A stretch of 64,000 bases of DNA, taken from positions 310,001 to 374,000 of the forward strand of contig NW_026781894.1 in assembly GCF_031769215.1 (NCBI RefSeq), read 5' to 3'. The translations under genes and the position numbers were made by a program. The notes beneath the pieces were generated by a model. That model was not told the origin of the DNA. It did no database searches and worked only from the letters and a program-made list of their open reading frames with translations. This DNA comes from Ylistrum balloti (lineage: Eukaryota). This document shows, one piece after another, positions 25,201 to 39,500 of this stretch (within the stretch, counting starts at the first letter, position 1; the number at the start of each line of letters is the position of its first letter).

Positions 25201-27799
25201 TGTCGGTAGATTTTATGCCTACAAAACTGAATTTTTTCGTTACCGTTGTGTACGTAAACTTTGTAACGGATACCAAAGGGAAACATATGATAATCGTTGA
25301 ATCGATTCCCGCGATGAAATTTCAGACCGCATTTACTATAAATCTATTCAAGCACCAAGGAAGACTAGCATTTTGAAGCAAAATTCCTAGGAGTCGAATC
25401 AATTTTTCTGAATTTAAGAAACGAAACCCACCTGCAATAATGTTACGATCAAATGATTCAAATCTACCCAGGCATTAAGAAGAAATAGCATTTTGCGGCA
25501 AATTGTTGTCTTACTTCCCCTTTTTGAGCCCCGTCCTTAAGTCTCTTGGGTCGAATAAACTTTTTGAGTTGAAGAAATGTTTCACCACTGTCAGTAATAT
25601 TTCAGACCAATAGTATGAAATTCATTCAAGAATTAAGCGAAAGTACCATTTTGAAGCAAACTATAGACTAACTTCCCCATTTTGGGTCCCATCCCCTGGT
25701 CCCTAAGGGTCAAATCAACCATCTAAATCTAAGGAATGATAATCCACCTGCAATAATATTTACTCGCAGTTTGGTTGAAATCTACCCAGGCATTGAGAAG
25801 GAGTAGCGTTTTCAAGCATAACATTGTCTAATTTCTCCTTTTGGGGCCCAACACCCCAGTCCCTAAAGGTCGATTCAAATTCCTAAATGTAGGAAATAAT
25901 TGCCTACCCAATCTAATAACTCAAGCCAAAGCTTGTTGAAATCCACCCCGGCAGAAACGAGGAGTAGGGTTTTAAATATAATTTCAACATCTCCCATTTC
26001 GGGACCACGTCCCTCGACCCCGAGGGATCAAATTAGCATTCTGTATTTAAGAAATAAATCTCACCCAACGATGCATTAGACTAAATTTGGTTGAAATCCA
26101 CAAAGGTATGATAGAGAGAAGTAGGGTTTTAAAAAAAAAAATACACAAGATGCACAACGCACGGCGAATGGTGCACGGTGACGGACGAAGCACAATGGCT
26201 GTAGGTCATCTGACCAGAAGAGTCATGATGACCTAAAGCCACCTTCAGGTCAGATGACCTAAAACCTGTAAGAACTAGTATTAACATCTATGTATTATGT
26301 TTAGGTTTTCAAGAGATAATAACAATTGAACTTGTCTGTTATAAGATAACCCGAGTTCAGTTGTACTTATACCCGATTGCACAAAAACCTTAGATAAATA
26401 CCACAATAACCTCAAATAAATATCACAATAACCTCAAATAAATATAACAATAACCTCAAATAAATATCACAATAACCTCAAATAAATATAACAATAACCT
26501 CAAATAAATATCACAATAACCTCAAATAAATATCACAATAACCTCAAATAAATATCACAATAACCTCAAATAAATACCACAATAACCTCAAATAAATATA
26601 ACAATAACCCCACGTATTATATAATAACTAAAGCGTCTATTAAAAATATAACATTCTCAAATAAATATCACAATTAATAAATAAATACCTCAATATAAAA
26701 TATCACAATCTCCTCAAATAAATATCACAATAACTTCAAATAAATATAACAATAACCTCAAATAAATAAAACAATAACCTCAAATAAATATCACAATAAC
26801 AGAAACTATACTAAATTAGTGGATACATATAACGTTTTCAACATCATCCCGCCACATACTATAAGTAAACAGCATAAACACCTTTATCGTGTAATAACGT
26901 TAAACAGAGGTAATATTAACATCTAAAACTAATTTGCTAAACACCTACACGAAACATTTTCAAGCAAAACTTTACTACTTTACAACATCACTAAACATGG
27001 CAAGTACATAGAAATCAATGCAGTCACCTTATAAAAACTTAATGATACAAACTCAGATAAACCAACTGAAAGTTAAAAAAGGGGGATACGGTCTTTGGCA
27101 ACTAAATGCATAGTAAACCCAAGAACAGGAACTGCAATCCTTGGGATTAGTTTGGAGTCAACCCTGTTTTCATATCGTTCCGTCTCATATATGCATGTGC
27201 ATACGTACGTACATAACTGGTAACCTCGGTTTTCGTACCATATTTGAATACAGTGAAACTGATTCTATTTTATTTTAAAGAGAACTTCGCTATTAAGTCA
27301 GCCAGGCTGTTTTTATATCTAAAGCTTTATCATACAACTTCCTAAAATAAGCAGAATGATCCAATTTTGTCGTGTTGCAATACGAAACAAAGTAGCAATA
27401 TAATGCAAAATTCTTACCTCTGTGACTAGAACATCTCCTTATCCCAAGCAGCCAATTAGGTCGGTATTGAAACTTGTCCCCCTTCTGTACCAGTGCTTCT
27501 CGAACCAAATCGTGTCCCAGAACAACAACAGCGTTAGAGGTTCCGAGCGTCAAACGGAAAACATTTCCGTACTGTTTACGGAGTAGGAATAGTTTTCGGT
27601 AGAGAAAATTTCCATTGCCGACAATATGGAGGTTCCCTATGATCGGTATTGAGAAAGGACCTGGCGGTAGATGTCGCCTCGATATTATCAGGTATACAAG
27701 GGAGCCAATAAACAGCAAAAGGATTCCGATGTTGAAGGGTGTGAAAATGTCGTGTAAATCAGTACCACTTACTGCATCTCTCAAAAACTTACGAGCCAT
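16278..27799 (-). CDS. Microsomal cytochrome P450, clan-2-like, 502 aa, 8 exons: complement(join(16278..16456,17204..17410,17859..17952,18582..18718,19250..19406,19682..19808,23402..23627,27418..27799)); atypical catalytic motifs
   Basis: N-terminal transmembrane anchor and PPGPFSIPIIGNL hinge, FQYRP, GQRFD, LVDVMVGGLEPT (I-helix), EVQR (K-helix ExxR), SIPH, FRPEHF (PERF) and FPYGLGSRCCPF (heme Cys loop). All seven introns are GT-AG with matching phases; 1509 nt with no internal stop. Confidence 0.93.
16721..16824 (+). repeat. Short dispersed repeat in P450 intron 7 (partner at 37876-37970 in regucalcin intron 4)
   Basis: Shared tactatc-tgtgtatt-ttggtctataatctgttt-ccatctcg and gattatagtacagcc-aaaa-gttggtc. 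Confidence 0.75.
21176..21842. repeat. Minisatellite, 65-67-bp unit, about 10 copies, in P450 intron 2, with degenerate related flanks (about 20740-22220)
   Basis: ggtctcg recurs at 21282, 21348, 21413, 21479, 21545, 21612, 21679, 21745 and 21812. Confidence 0.95.
23025..23192. other. Assembly gap (168 N) in P450 intron 2
   Basis: Run of N. Confidence 1.
23753..24930. repeat. Minisatellite, 26-bp unit (tgaagtaatacaatgttgtttactgg), about 45 copies, with higher-order structure, in P450 intron 1
   Basis: Head-to-tail copies. The variant monomer gacataat recurs at 24281, 24515 and 24723. Confidence 0.95.
25335..26264 (+). mobile_element. Non-autonomous Helentron/HINE (pearl/CvA-like) element: degenerate core repeats of about 158 bp, a gacg-type microsatellite remnant and a 3' palindrome
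   Basis: A ttgaaatc(t/c)ac...agtag(c/g)-ttt motif recurs near 25458, 25618, 25775, 25935 and 26092. gacggacg occurs near 26180. A perfect 14-bp inverted repeat taggtcatctgacc (26202-26215) / ggtcagatgaccta (26248-26261) is followed by aaa. Confidence 0.65.
26395..26797. repeat. Minisatellite, 22-bp unit (cacaataacctcaaataaatat), about 18 copies with a degenerate middle
   Basis: Head-to-tail copies. Confidence 0.93.
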
Positions 27800-28841
27800 G
27801 ATATACGTTGTTTAAAGTACAGCTTTTAAATGTTATATTTATCTTCCGGCATAATTCTAACTCGCAAGGTCCCCACGAAAGTGATTCTTTTCGATGGCTA
27901 GTTCTTAACAAAGTTGTAATTCTGAGAGCGGGCTACTGGAGGACTGTTTACTGTTACTGAAACCAATGACGTAATAAGCGTCTCTAACGATATCCGGAAC
28001 CAGGTGCCAATATTACACAGACCATGCCGCCAGCTCATTAAGCATCGGACAAAGATCGTCCTGTATACTGTTGGCCAAAAATAACCGCAATGTATATAAA
28101 GAGTTGATAATGAAATAACTTTTGTGGGGTTTTTTTTAGTTACATTAAGATTGTAACAGAGCTCTCAGGATACCGTAACCCTAATGTGTTAACAGAAAGT
28201 CTCGGTGTGAAGGTGCTGATTTAAACAATGTTTAGTCTCATAAAAGAACATGCACATGACGAGTATTAATAATATTTAAATCTACAAGAATTTCTAACTT
28301 GTATGTTATGAGTGATATTATATCGATGTTGTGGATAGAGGCAAGACGCACTGAAAGAAATTAATACTTAGCGCACATGCATTAAAATCCTACACTTCAT
28401 AAATATGCTGCTTCATATCTGTGTAACATATGGTTTTTATTTACATACACTTGTGTTAAGTATACTGATTACCAGCCATGTATTTTGTAAAACACGATGC
28501 TTTGTTTACTGTCGTCTTTGACCAGACCATTTTACTTATTTTAGGAAAATGAAAAAAAAAAAAAAAAAATGGCCTCTACATCCGGTTTTGTCTATCATTT
28601 TTCAAAAGTAAGACACTTGTTCAAGAGCCCTTTCTCTGACAGAGTCTTCGTTCAAACATGTTTCATGGTCATCAGACAAGAATGGTAATTATCATTTAAA
28701 AAAAAATCATGACTGGTTAATCCTATCTATCGTTTTTCATTTACTAAGGTTTGTCGTGAAAAAGAAAATAATTTGAGCATTTAAAAAAAGAATGTACATT
28801 AAGTGTAAATATAGAATCTATAGAAAGAAAATGGGATCTTG

Positions 28842-29033
28842 TGTATGGTACACACAGGATCAATACTGTTTGTGAAACACGTTAGTGAAGGTAATGCTTC
28901 CGCCAGGATTCGAACTCAAGACCTCTTGCTTACTAGTCCGACGATCAAAGACGATCGAGATAACAAGAAGTTCTTTCTAGCAGAGCAGTATTTCTCCAGT
29001 AAATAACTCGTCCTCCAGTTTCCCTGTGTTACA
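28842..29033 (-). mobile_element. About 190-bp element with TGTA...TACA ends, containing the 3' half of a tRNA-Thr(AGT)-like sequence (solo-LTR, MITE or SINE-like)
   Basis: Minus strand ggactAGTaagcaagaggtcttgagttcgaatcctggcggaagc (28895-28941) has an anticodon loop and B-box pattern, but its stems do not pair. Ends tgtatggtacacacagg and ccctgtgttaca form an imperfect inverted pair. Confidence 0.45.
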
Positions 29034-29148
29034 GCAATGCTTTTGAAAGTTTCGCAAAGTATTAACCTGAAACCCTACATGGGCGCTGCACAGCTTCCGC
29101 TAGAATAAGAACCCGGGACTTTCATTCTCGATACTCCAAGGTTTACGA

Positions 29149-29318
29149 ACACTTTCGCTCTCTGCAGCCCCTGGAACCTGTCATGGCAAAATTGAAGGCA
29201 CAAGCAGAATAATTTGATTGGTTCCAAGAGAAAAAGAAAAAAAAAAAACCTGACCAATCACAGGCTGGACCTTCAATTTTGCAATGACAAGTGCCAGTGG
29301 TGCAGAGAACGAAAGTGT
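29149..29318. mobile_element. Foldback/MITE-like imperfect palindrome (arms of about 65-70 bp around an A-rich loop)
   Basis: Left arm acactttcgctctctgcagcccctggaacctgtcatggcaaaattgaagg aligns with the reverse complement of the right arm (acactttcgttctctgcaccactggcacttgtcattgcaaaattgaagg), plus a tgattggt/accaatca pair. Confidence 0.8.
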
Positions 29319-31993
29319 GAGATATATTAACCGAATATTAAATGAAACAGAAACGAAGGTAAGGTTATAATGATCGCAAAAACATAGATATTTCGCAAAC
29401 ATTTGTAAAAACAGCAATGGAATAGAGGGAGATGAAATCTAAATTATTTACTCCACATAGAGGTGTCACCATAGAAACAATTGGAATTTAAGCCAATCAG
29501 CGTTCTGGTATAGATAATAAATGGTTAAATGACCTTGCGGTCGACAAGGTTTGAACAGATATGATTCTCACCTTCATGGATCTAGATATATTTTCATAAT
29601 CTTTCATACAATAGTTAAATAAAAACTAATTCAAGATTCTTCACTTTAATCTAGTTACCGTTATATATGGAAAACTATCATAAGGGATAAAGAGTTGCGA
29701 ATATCGCGCTACATTTGAAGGATAATATGTAATGTTGAAATAGTTTTGTTTAACTTAAAATAACAATACAAACTCGTTTTAAAATTAATTGAATTCTTTC
29801 TCACAGATCGTTTCTTTAATTCTTCTCAACAAGTATCTGGTAAAAAAGATAAAAAATTAAAACTGGCTAAAAAAACGTTATAATATTCTTGTACTTTTTT
29901 TGTATTTTGTGATTGATGTACACAATTGTTTGGTACACATAAAATAATTTGTCTTTTATACTCCTTATCCTCTGATTTACATTCAATATCTTAACAATGT
30001 GCTTTATATTGTAAAACTTGAGATTTAAATTCTGAATCTCGTATTTTATGCTGAAAAATATGAGTAAATTCGAAGGTTTTATACGCTTTTGTAAAGCATG
30101 TATTTTCCAACCGTGGCATTTACCCGAGAGTGGATAACGTCTTTCAAGATGAAAGCAATAGCAACAACATTGAAATTAGATTCAATGATCACAAGAAAAT
30201 TGTTTATTTTTATTTCTGATATTGAGTTAAGTTATCTCTACCTTAGGCCACTAAGAGTAATAACGAGATATAGGAAACAGCTGGATGATGCAGTTTAATT
30301 CATTATTTGGTTCTACAATATCTAACACTGAATTGTCAAAAAGTGTTATTCACTTGTGTGCATATTATTTTAATGATTTCAATATTACAGAATATTTGAA
30401 ATTTCAAGCAGTTTCAAGAGGACAAAAATTTGATAAACGATTATAAATACGAATTGTCTCCCTTTAAGCGTTGGACATTACATTGCATATTCTTTTTCCT
30501 TCAACTCGGCCTATTTATTTTTAAATATTTATGAAACTTGAGTCAGACAGCAATATGATAACTGATATTCTATATCAGGAAACTGGAATTAGTGACAACA
30601 TTATCTTTGTGGCAAAGATATAATAAATCATATTTGAAAATGTCACACTGAACTTTTGCTAGCAAGGGCTAAATGTACTATACTGCACTTGTTCGTGACG
30701 AGAGGAGCGAAATAATTACGATAAAATTTCAACAGACGCATAGAAGCATCTATCTTCATTTAGAATGGCACGTAAAATTAAGATAAAATTTATTTAAACT
30801 GTTTTGCTTGGACAAATTTAAATAAAAATCTTGTTTTCTTGCGTACGATACTCCTGATGGTCTGAGATCTATTAGGTGTGGTGCCGTTGGAAGCGAGATC
30901 TTAATTAAGGACATCGTATTTTTTTCTACTCCGTATCGATTTGGAGTATCCGGATAAAACAAGATCAACAACATATGACGGAATAATTGTAATTCAACAC
31001 AAGTTATAAGTTTATTTATTTATTTTTTAATTTTGGATAAATAAAAATAAAACGACGCTTAATTGAACTCGTACTCTTTAATAAGGTATTGCTGAGCTTT
31101 ACAGTATTAAAATATTCAATCCATGAACTCCATTAAACTTCTATTTTTTACATAGGTGTCTTACATTTAATAGTAGTGTTCTGTTTTGCGATCTCTCCTT
31201 TTGCAAGCTGCTCTTATTGACAGACGCCGAGAAGCACCCAAATCTGCATGTATCTGTTTGGATACGTGCATATGGCCGACGAATATCAATACCACGATAA
31301 GTATTAATTATAATCAAGGAATTTTAAAACGCGACAACCATATTACAGTTACTATTTATAGTGTAACCTAAAAACGACATTGCCTCCCCTTTTGATATTG
31401 TAACATATAATATCTTGTATTCCACCATATATGACGTAATCGAGGCCTTTTTCAATAGCACAGTCACAATGGTAAAAAAATCCACATGTGTCGGCTTATT
31501 GTCAAAGCGGATTACAGTACAAAAAAGGTCTATAGATAATAAATAGGCAAGTAAGGCTTGGTTTCTATGTCATGCCCTACAAATCTTCAACTCTACCGCG
31601 CCATTGGTAAGCTAGTTACAGCAGCTGCAATTAACAACGTAAATTACGATTTTGTTGTCACAGTTCTACAATATATCGTGTCATACAGCGACACAACCTC
31701 ATTGGCAAGCTAGCCACATATAACTAAACAAGGTTAGGACTACTTGATGTTTAAGTCATTGGTACACACGAGGAGAAGTTTTCAACTACATAACAGGTCT
31801 TTTCACACAACGCTTCTTGTTTTCATGTGATGGATTCCATCATATGAAGGATGAACTTCTCTGAGAGGTAAAACTCCATTATTATACTTTTTGTGACGGT
31901 AATCTTTTGAAAGGTTTGATTTTACAAAATTGATAAAAATCCAAAACAAATGTTGTGTAAAGAGAAATGAAAAAAAGTTTATAGTAGAAAAAC

Positions 31994-32183
31994 TACGGAG
32001 CCCGTTAACTGACATGCTCCATACTTATTTTATTTCGTTTTTTCGAAATATTATTTCGTTTTTTCGAAATAATAATTCGTTTAATATTTCGAAAAAACGA
32101 AATAATATTTCGAAAAAACGAATTATTATTTCGAAAAAACGAAATAAAATAAGTATGGAGCATGTCAGTTAACGGGCTCCGTA
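31994..32183. mobile_element. 190-bp near-perfect palindromic MITE with outer TA dinucleotides and internal 21-bp repeats
   Basis: The first 57 bp (tacggagcccgttaactgacatgctccatacttattttatttcgttttttcgaaata) are the exact reverse complement of the last 57 bp. The interior consists of ttatttcgttttttcgaaata units in both orientations. Confidence 0.92.
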
Positions 32184-33029
32184 AAAAAACAATATGTTGC
32201 CTCACGACCTTTCTTCAGTAAAGGTGTCAGAATATGTTTTACGGGAAGTTATTCATTATCTGACATTTGTTCTTATTTTTTCCTGAATAACAGACATTCT
32301 GTTATTGCCATGGCAATTAAATAAAAAAAAGAGATAAATTGTCATCTTATATAAGAAGGTAAGAGGTAAAATCCTTTTTTCGACCATCTCCTAGTATTAA
32401 ACATTAAATGTTCGGATAGAAAAATTTTCAAGGATACTTTTCATGATGAAAAAAGGAGGGGGTCACATCATTTGTTGAATCCTATAAGTTAATAAGGAAC
32501 ATCAAAATTATTAAAAACAAATAGAATCGGGGTAGTTAGTAAGTATGTCTGATGGTTTCGTTGCTGTTAACCTTGTTGTTGTTTGAGAGCACGATATTAC
32601 TTACATAGCGCTTGTCGTCGATGGAGAAGACGCATACCATTCCAGAACATCTGGTCTTATTCTCAGTGGCTTTTTTTTATTGTTAAGCGTGCCGTGTAAA
32701 TGTTTTTCCATAAATTGCTATCGTTTCAGCTATTTCAAGTTTTTTTTCTTCTGTTAATTGTAACTTTCAAACGATACGCCATTGCTTCTCCAGTACATAG
32801 ATGACACGACAAATTTGTTAAAGCAATGGTCTCTTTAAGTTTTGGTGCTGGTTTTAGGAACTGTCAATCAATCATTAGTCTGAGACATATAGCGGTAATG
32901 ATTATTATTATATAAGGTGACAAGTTATTTCTGATAACTTTTGAACTTTACCTAAAACTTTATCTACTTCACACAAATTCAAAAACAGGTTAATCCGACT
33001 TAAATCAATTACCGCAGCAGAAAGTTCTG

Positions 33030-33067
33030 ATTGGCCAGGTGAACAATGCAGATCAGGATTATAAAAG
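33030..33067 (+). promoter_or_regulatory. Candidate CCAAT (reverse, ATTGG 33030-33034) plus TATA (TATAAAAG 33060-33067) promoter, possibly for a non-coding first exon of regucalcin
   Basis: Motif match only. The regucalcin ATG lies 13 nt after an acceptor-like cgtttcag (35581-35588), implying an upstream UTR exon. Confidence 0.3.
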
Positions 33068-34489
33068 ACCAGTTTAAACTAAGGTACACGACGTACGTTC
33101 AATAGAACTAAAACTAATAAACGTTGAACTCATATATTGAAACTTTTTTTGTACAATAGTCAGTGTTTTGAGTGGTTAGATCTATTTATAGAACACGATT
33201 GACAAGTGTCACTTGTTCCTTATGCTTAGCTATTTCCGCAAGGTGTGTACGTGTACGGTAGCAATCCTACTAAATGGATGATGGTGATAATGCCGTGTCA
33301 GACGTCATAATTCGATGCCTGATCTTGCCGAAGGAATATCCTTTGATGGTAGCACACCTAAGACACGTGATTTGAACTTGTTATTAAGAAAACGAAGAAG
33401 TGTCAACTTGAATCATATCATCACGACTTACATATTAATCCTACGTTTCTCCGACAAACAGCCACAGCAGTTTCGTATGCTTGACGTCCGAGATGCAAGA
33501 AACTGTTGAAAAAGTCTTATGCTAGAATCACACCATTGCCTTGGCACGCTATAATATTCTTTTCTATCTATCACCAAGATTCATCTCTCTTTATCTTTTC
33601 CTCTCTAATGCACTATTATCTCCCTGATACACCTTTCCACTGTTTACTTAACCTTGACCTTGTGTAGTGAGTATTGATTTTGATCAGGGTTTATACGCTA
33701 TGCAGGTGATCTGTCTGTAATTTGGCACAGGGTTTCAATCGGTAGTTTTTATAACATAACTCATGGAGAACCGACTCCTAAAAATCAGATTTCTAATGCA
33801 TACCATTCAATTTACAAAGCTATTGTATACCTACTTTTAAAACAAAGGTATTATACCTTTTTCTTAACGTGCTTACATTTACAGTTTAACAACATATATC
33901 TTTCTCATATATTGTTATTACTGTTCATATTAGACACGGACGTAACAACAAGCACCGCCCCTCCGAAAATGAATTGACTTTATTTCATTTGAATACTTAA
34001 ACTGTATGAAATAAAAATAAACAAGAATACACTGAAAATATCATAAATGAATGAAATATATGTGTTTTACTGAAACACACTTAGATGATCACGTTTCCTC
34101 ATCTGAATTAACTATACCAGTCTTTATGGACTCTTATTGTCAGATTTGATGAACGTTTGTGATATTTTGGTGCCTTGACAACACGACAACGCGAAAACGC
34201 AAAAAATCTTACGCGCCAATACAACAGAGCGGCAATCAGCAAAAGTACCCCTCCAACCAACATACCTATTTGTCGCAATGGTGCGTACTTGTCGCGTCGT
34301 CGGTGTATGTCACATTATGGCGTTGTTGTCCTGTTGCTTTGTCACGTCGCCTTGGCACCAACGCAACAAAGCGAAATGACCGCAAGCAGCCACCATACTA
34401 TTCTAATTTGTTAGATCGAACAAATGAACTATGTTTAAATAAATAAATAAAAAAACAAAACAAAACAAAATAAATGAAATGGAAGCTCG

Positions 34490-34660
34490 AAAAGGGTCGT
34501 CCCTTGAAGAAACCAGAATATCCAGGGAAAGCCGATGTGTTCGAGCAGGTGACCCCATACTTTTTCACGTCCGTTCAAAGTATCGAACCTCAGACGCCTA
34601 ATTTAAAAGCGAGTGCATTTCAACTGACCAACCGACTATCCAACTCACCTGCAAGGCCTT
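34490..34660 (-). mobile_element. Decayed tRNA-derived SINE
   Basis: atcgaacctcagacg..aaagcgagtgc..actgaccaacc aligns with the copy at 39437-39500. gaaaccagaatatccagggaaagcc resembles the central SINE segment common in molluscs. Confidence 0.6.
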
Positions 34661-35601
34661 AGACACCGTTATTATCAGTATATACTAGTAATGGTACTCA
34701 ACAGGTTGTGTAGATGAAATTATTGTTTGTCAGTTACGCAATGCAAGGCCATATCCAGCTTCAATTACGTGTTTCATGTTACTACTGATGCTATGTAAAG
34801 AAAAATGAAATAAGAGATCATGGAAATGATAAAGAGGTACTGATGTGATGTGTTGTCATCTTCGTTTATTTAATTATAATACTAAATACGTCTATACATC
34901 GATCACCAGAATATCGTCATTAGCCTTATGAACCTTATATATCTTTATAACAATCGAGCGTCATTAGTCCAATGTACCAATAAACGGTAGTATTGATGAA
35001 ATCTAACTAGGCTGTTTGGCTAGTAATTATCGGGCATAATATTAAAACAATTGGACCATTTGTCTCCCTTTTCTTGATGTTGCTTTACAATGCTATTTCA
35101 GTTATCAAAGTACTTTAAATCTGGATACTTTGCCTGTGGGAACAGTCCTTGACCTTATGAGACTCAGAAACTATATACTTCAGCAACGTCCCGTTCAACA
35201 TATCTACGCTGCCACATTATCAAACATCTAATACAGCGCTTTATGCATGGCATGCATACATACAGGAACCGATGACACTGATAACTGTTTACAGGGTCGC
35301 TATTTACATTTGTCTGTCGATACGATATGTTAGTGTTGTAAACGTCGGGTAAGTGTTAGCTTTATTATGCAGGCTGGAGAGGACGAATTTTTGGCACATT
35401 GCTTTGTGATAGAAAGTATCTTAAATATTGGCTTTCATTTTATGTGTGGTTTATGAAAAGAAAACTCATTTAAGATCTATATGCATGGTGTCAGTACAGG
35501 CCCTCGTTGCTGTTTAATTTACATATTTTGACTCGCTTATTTTGTCATCTCTGTCATGCAAGAGTCATTCTGAAATGTTCCGTTTCAGACAAGATATTGG
35601 A

Positions 35602-38594
<2,993 letters not shown>

Positions 38595-39329
38595 AGTCGA
38601 CACGCATGGATAAAAATATTCGTTACTTTGCATAATGGTGTAAAACTGTACTATCTGTATTAGTTTTCAGTACACGAACAAAACTTTCAAACAGATCATT
38701 TGTTTTAGTTAAAGAATATGGTAGAACGTCATTGCAGCGGCGGATATTTGTACAATATACATTTCCTAGAGGTGATATGAACACGAGTATTCCTTTTTAA
38801 AATATACACAGAAGATTTAAAGGACCTGAATTAAATCATCGCAATGAGTTTTATCGTGTACATGTATCTTTGTAATGTTTGTAGAACACAAAAAAAATGT
38901 AGTTTACAAGCCTCTTTGTCTGACCAAGCAAATTCATTATACATATCAAGGCGTTTATATTATATAAATTTGTCGTTGATAAATACAGACGTAGTAATGT
39001 CTCAGTTATATCAGTAATAATATTAGACGGGTTATCTGCAGTGTCTGATTTTCAGTTATTTTTTGCACATTTATGGATTTTTATTTTCTTTCTTTCTTTA
39101 TTTTCTTTCTTTATTTATTTTTCTTTCTTTATTTATTTCTTTGAACATAACACAATGTTCATTTTAAGAACAATCCCCTTTAAGAATAGAAATTGAAATC
39201 ATTTTCATGAAGTATTGACTTCATCCAAAATAGTTTTTGGAAAAAAAATCGAAAACAGTTATAGTCATCAGAAGGTACAAAGTTTCATTCGTCCTGTAAA
39301 ATAAAGGTGTTTTCACATAAACTGTCATT

Positions 39330-39500
39330 CTGGATAGCTACCCGATGAGTTCTGAGTTCTATGTCAGGCGATGTAGTAGTAGTTTTGCATACTAATTTAA
39401 TTCTATATATGTATATACATAACCCCATGCCTCCTTGGAATCGAACCTCAGACGTCTTCGTGAAAGGCGAATGCGTTACCACTGCGTCACCCAACCACTA
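39330..39500 (-). mobile_element. tRNA-derived SINE head (tRNA-Glu(TTC)-like)
   Basis: Minus strand gggtgacgcagtggtaacgcattcgcctTTCacgaagacgtctgaggttcgattcc, with A box (39479-39489) and B box (39437-39447). There is no acceptor-stem pairing and the sequence continues into a non-tRNA body. Confidence 0.7.

Noticed and set aside
28895-28941. Functional tRNA genes here and at 39437-39495
   Set aside because: Acceptor, anticodon and T stems do not pair properly, and the first lacks its 5' half. Both are derived repeats.
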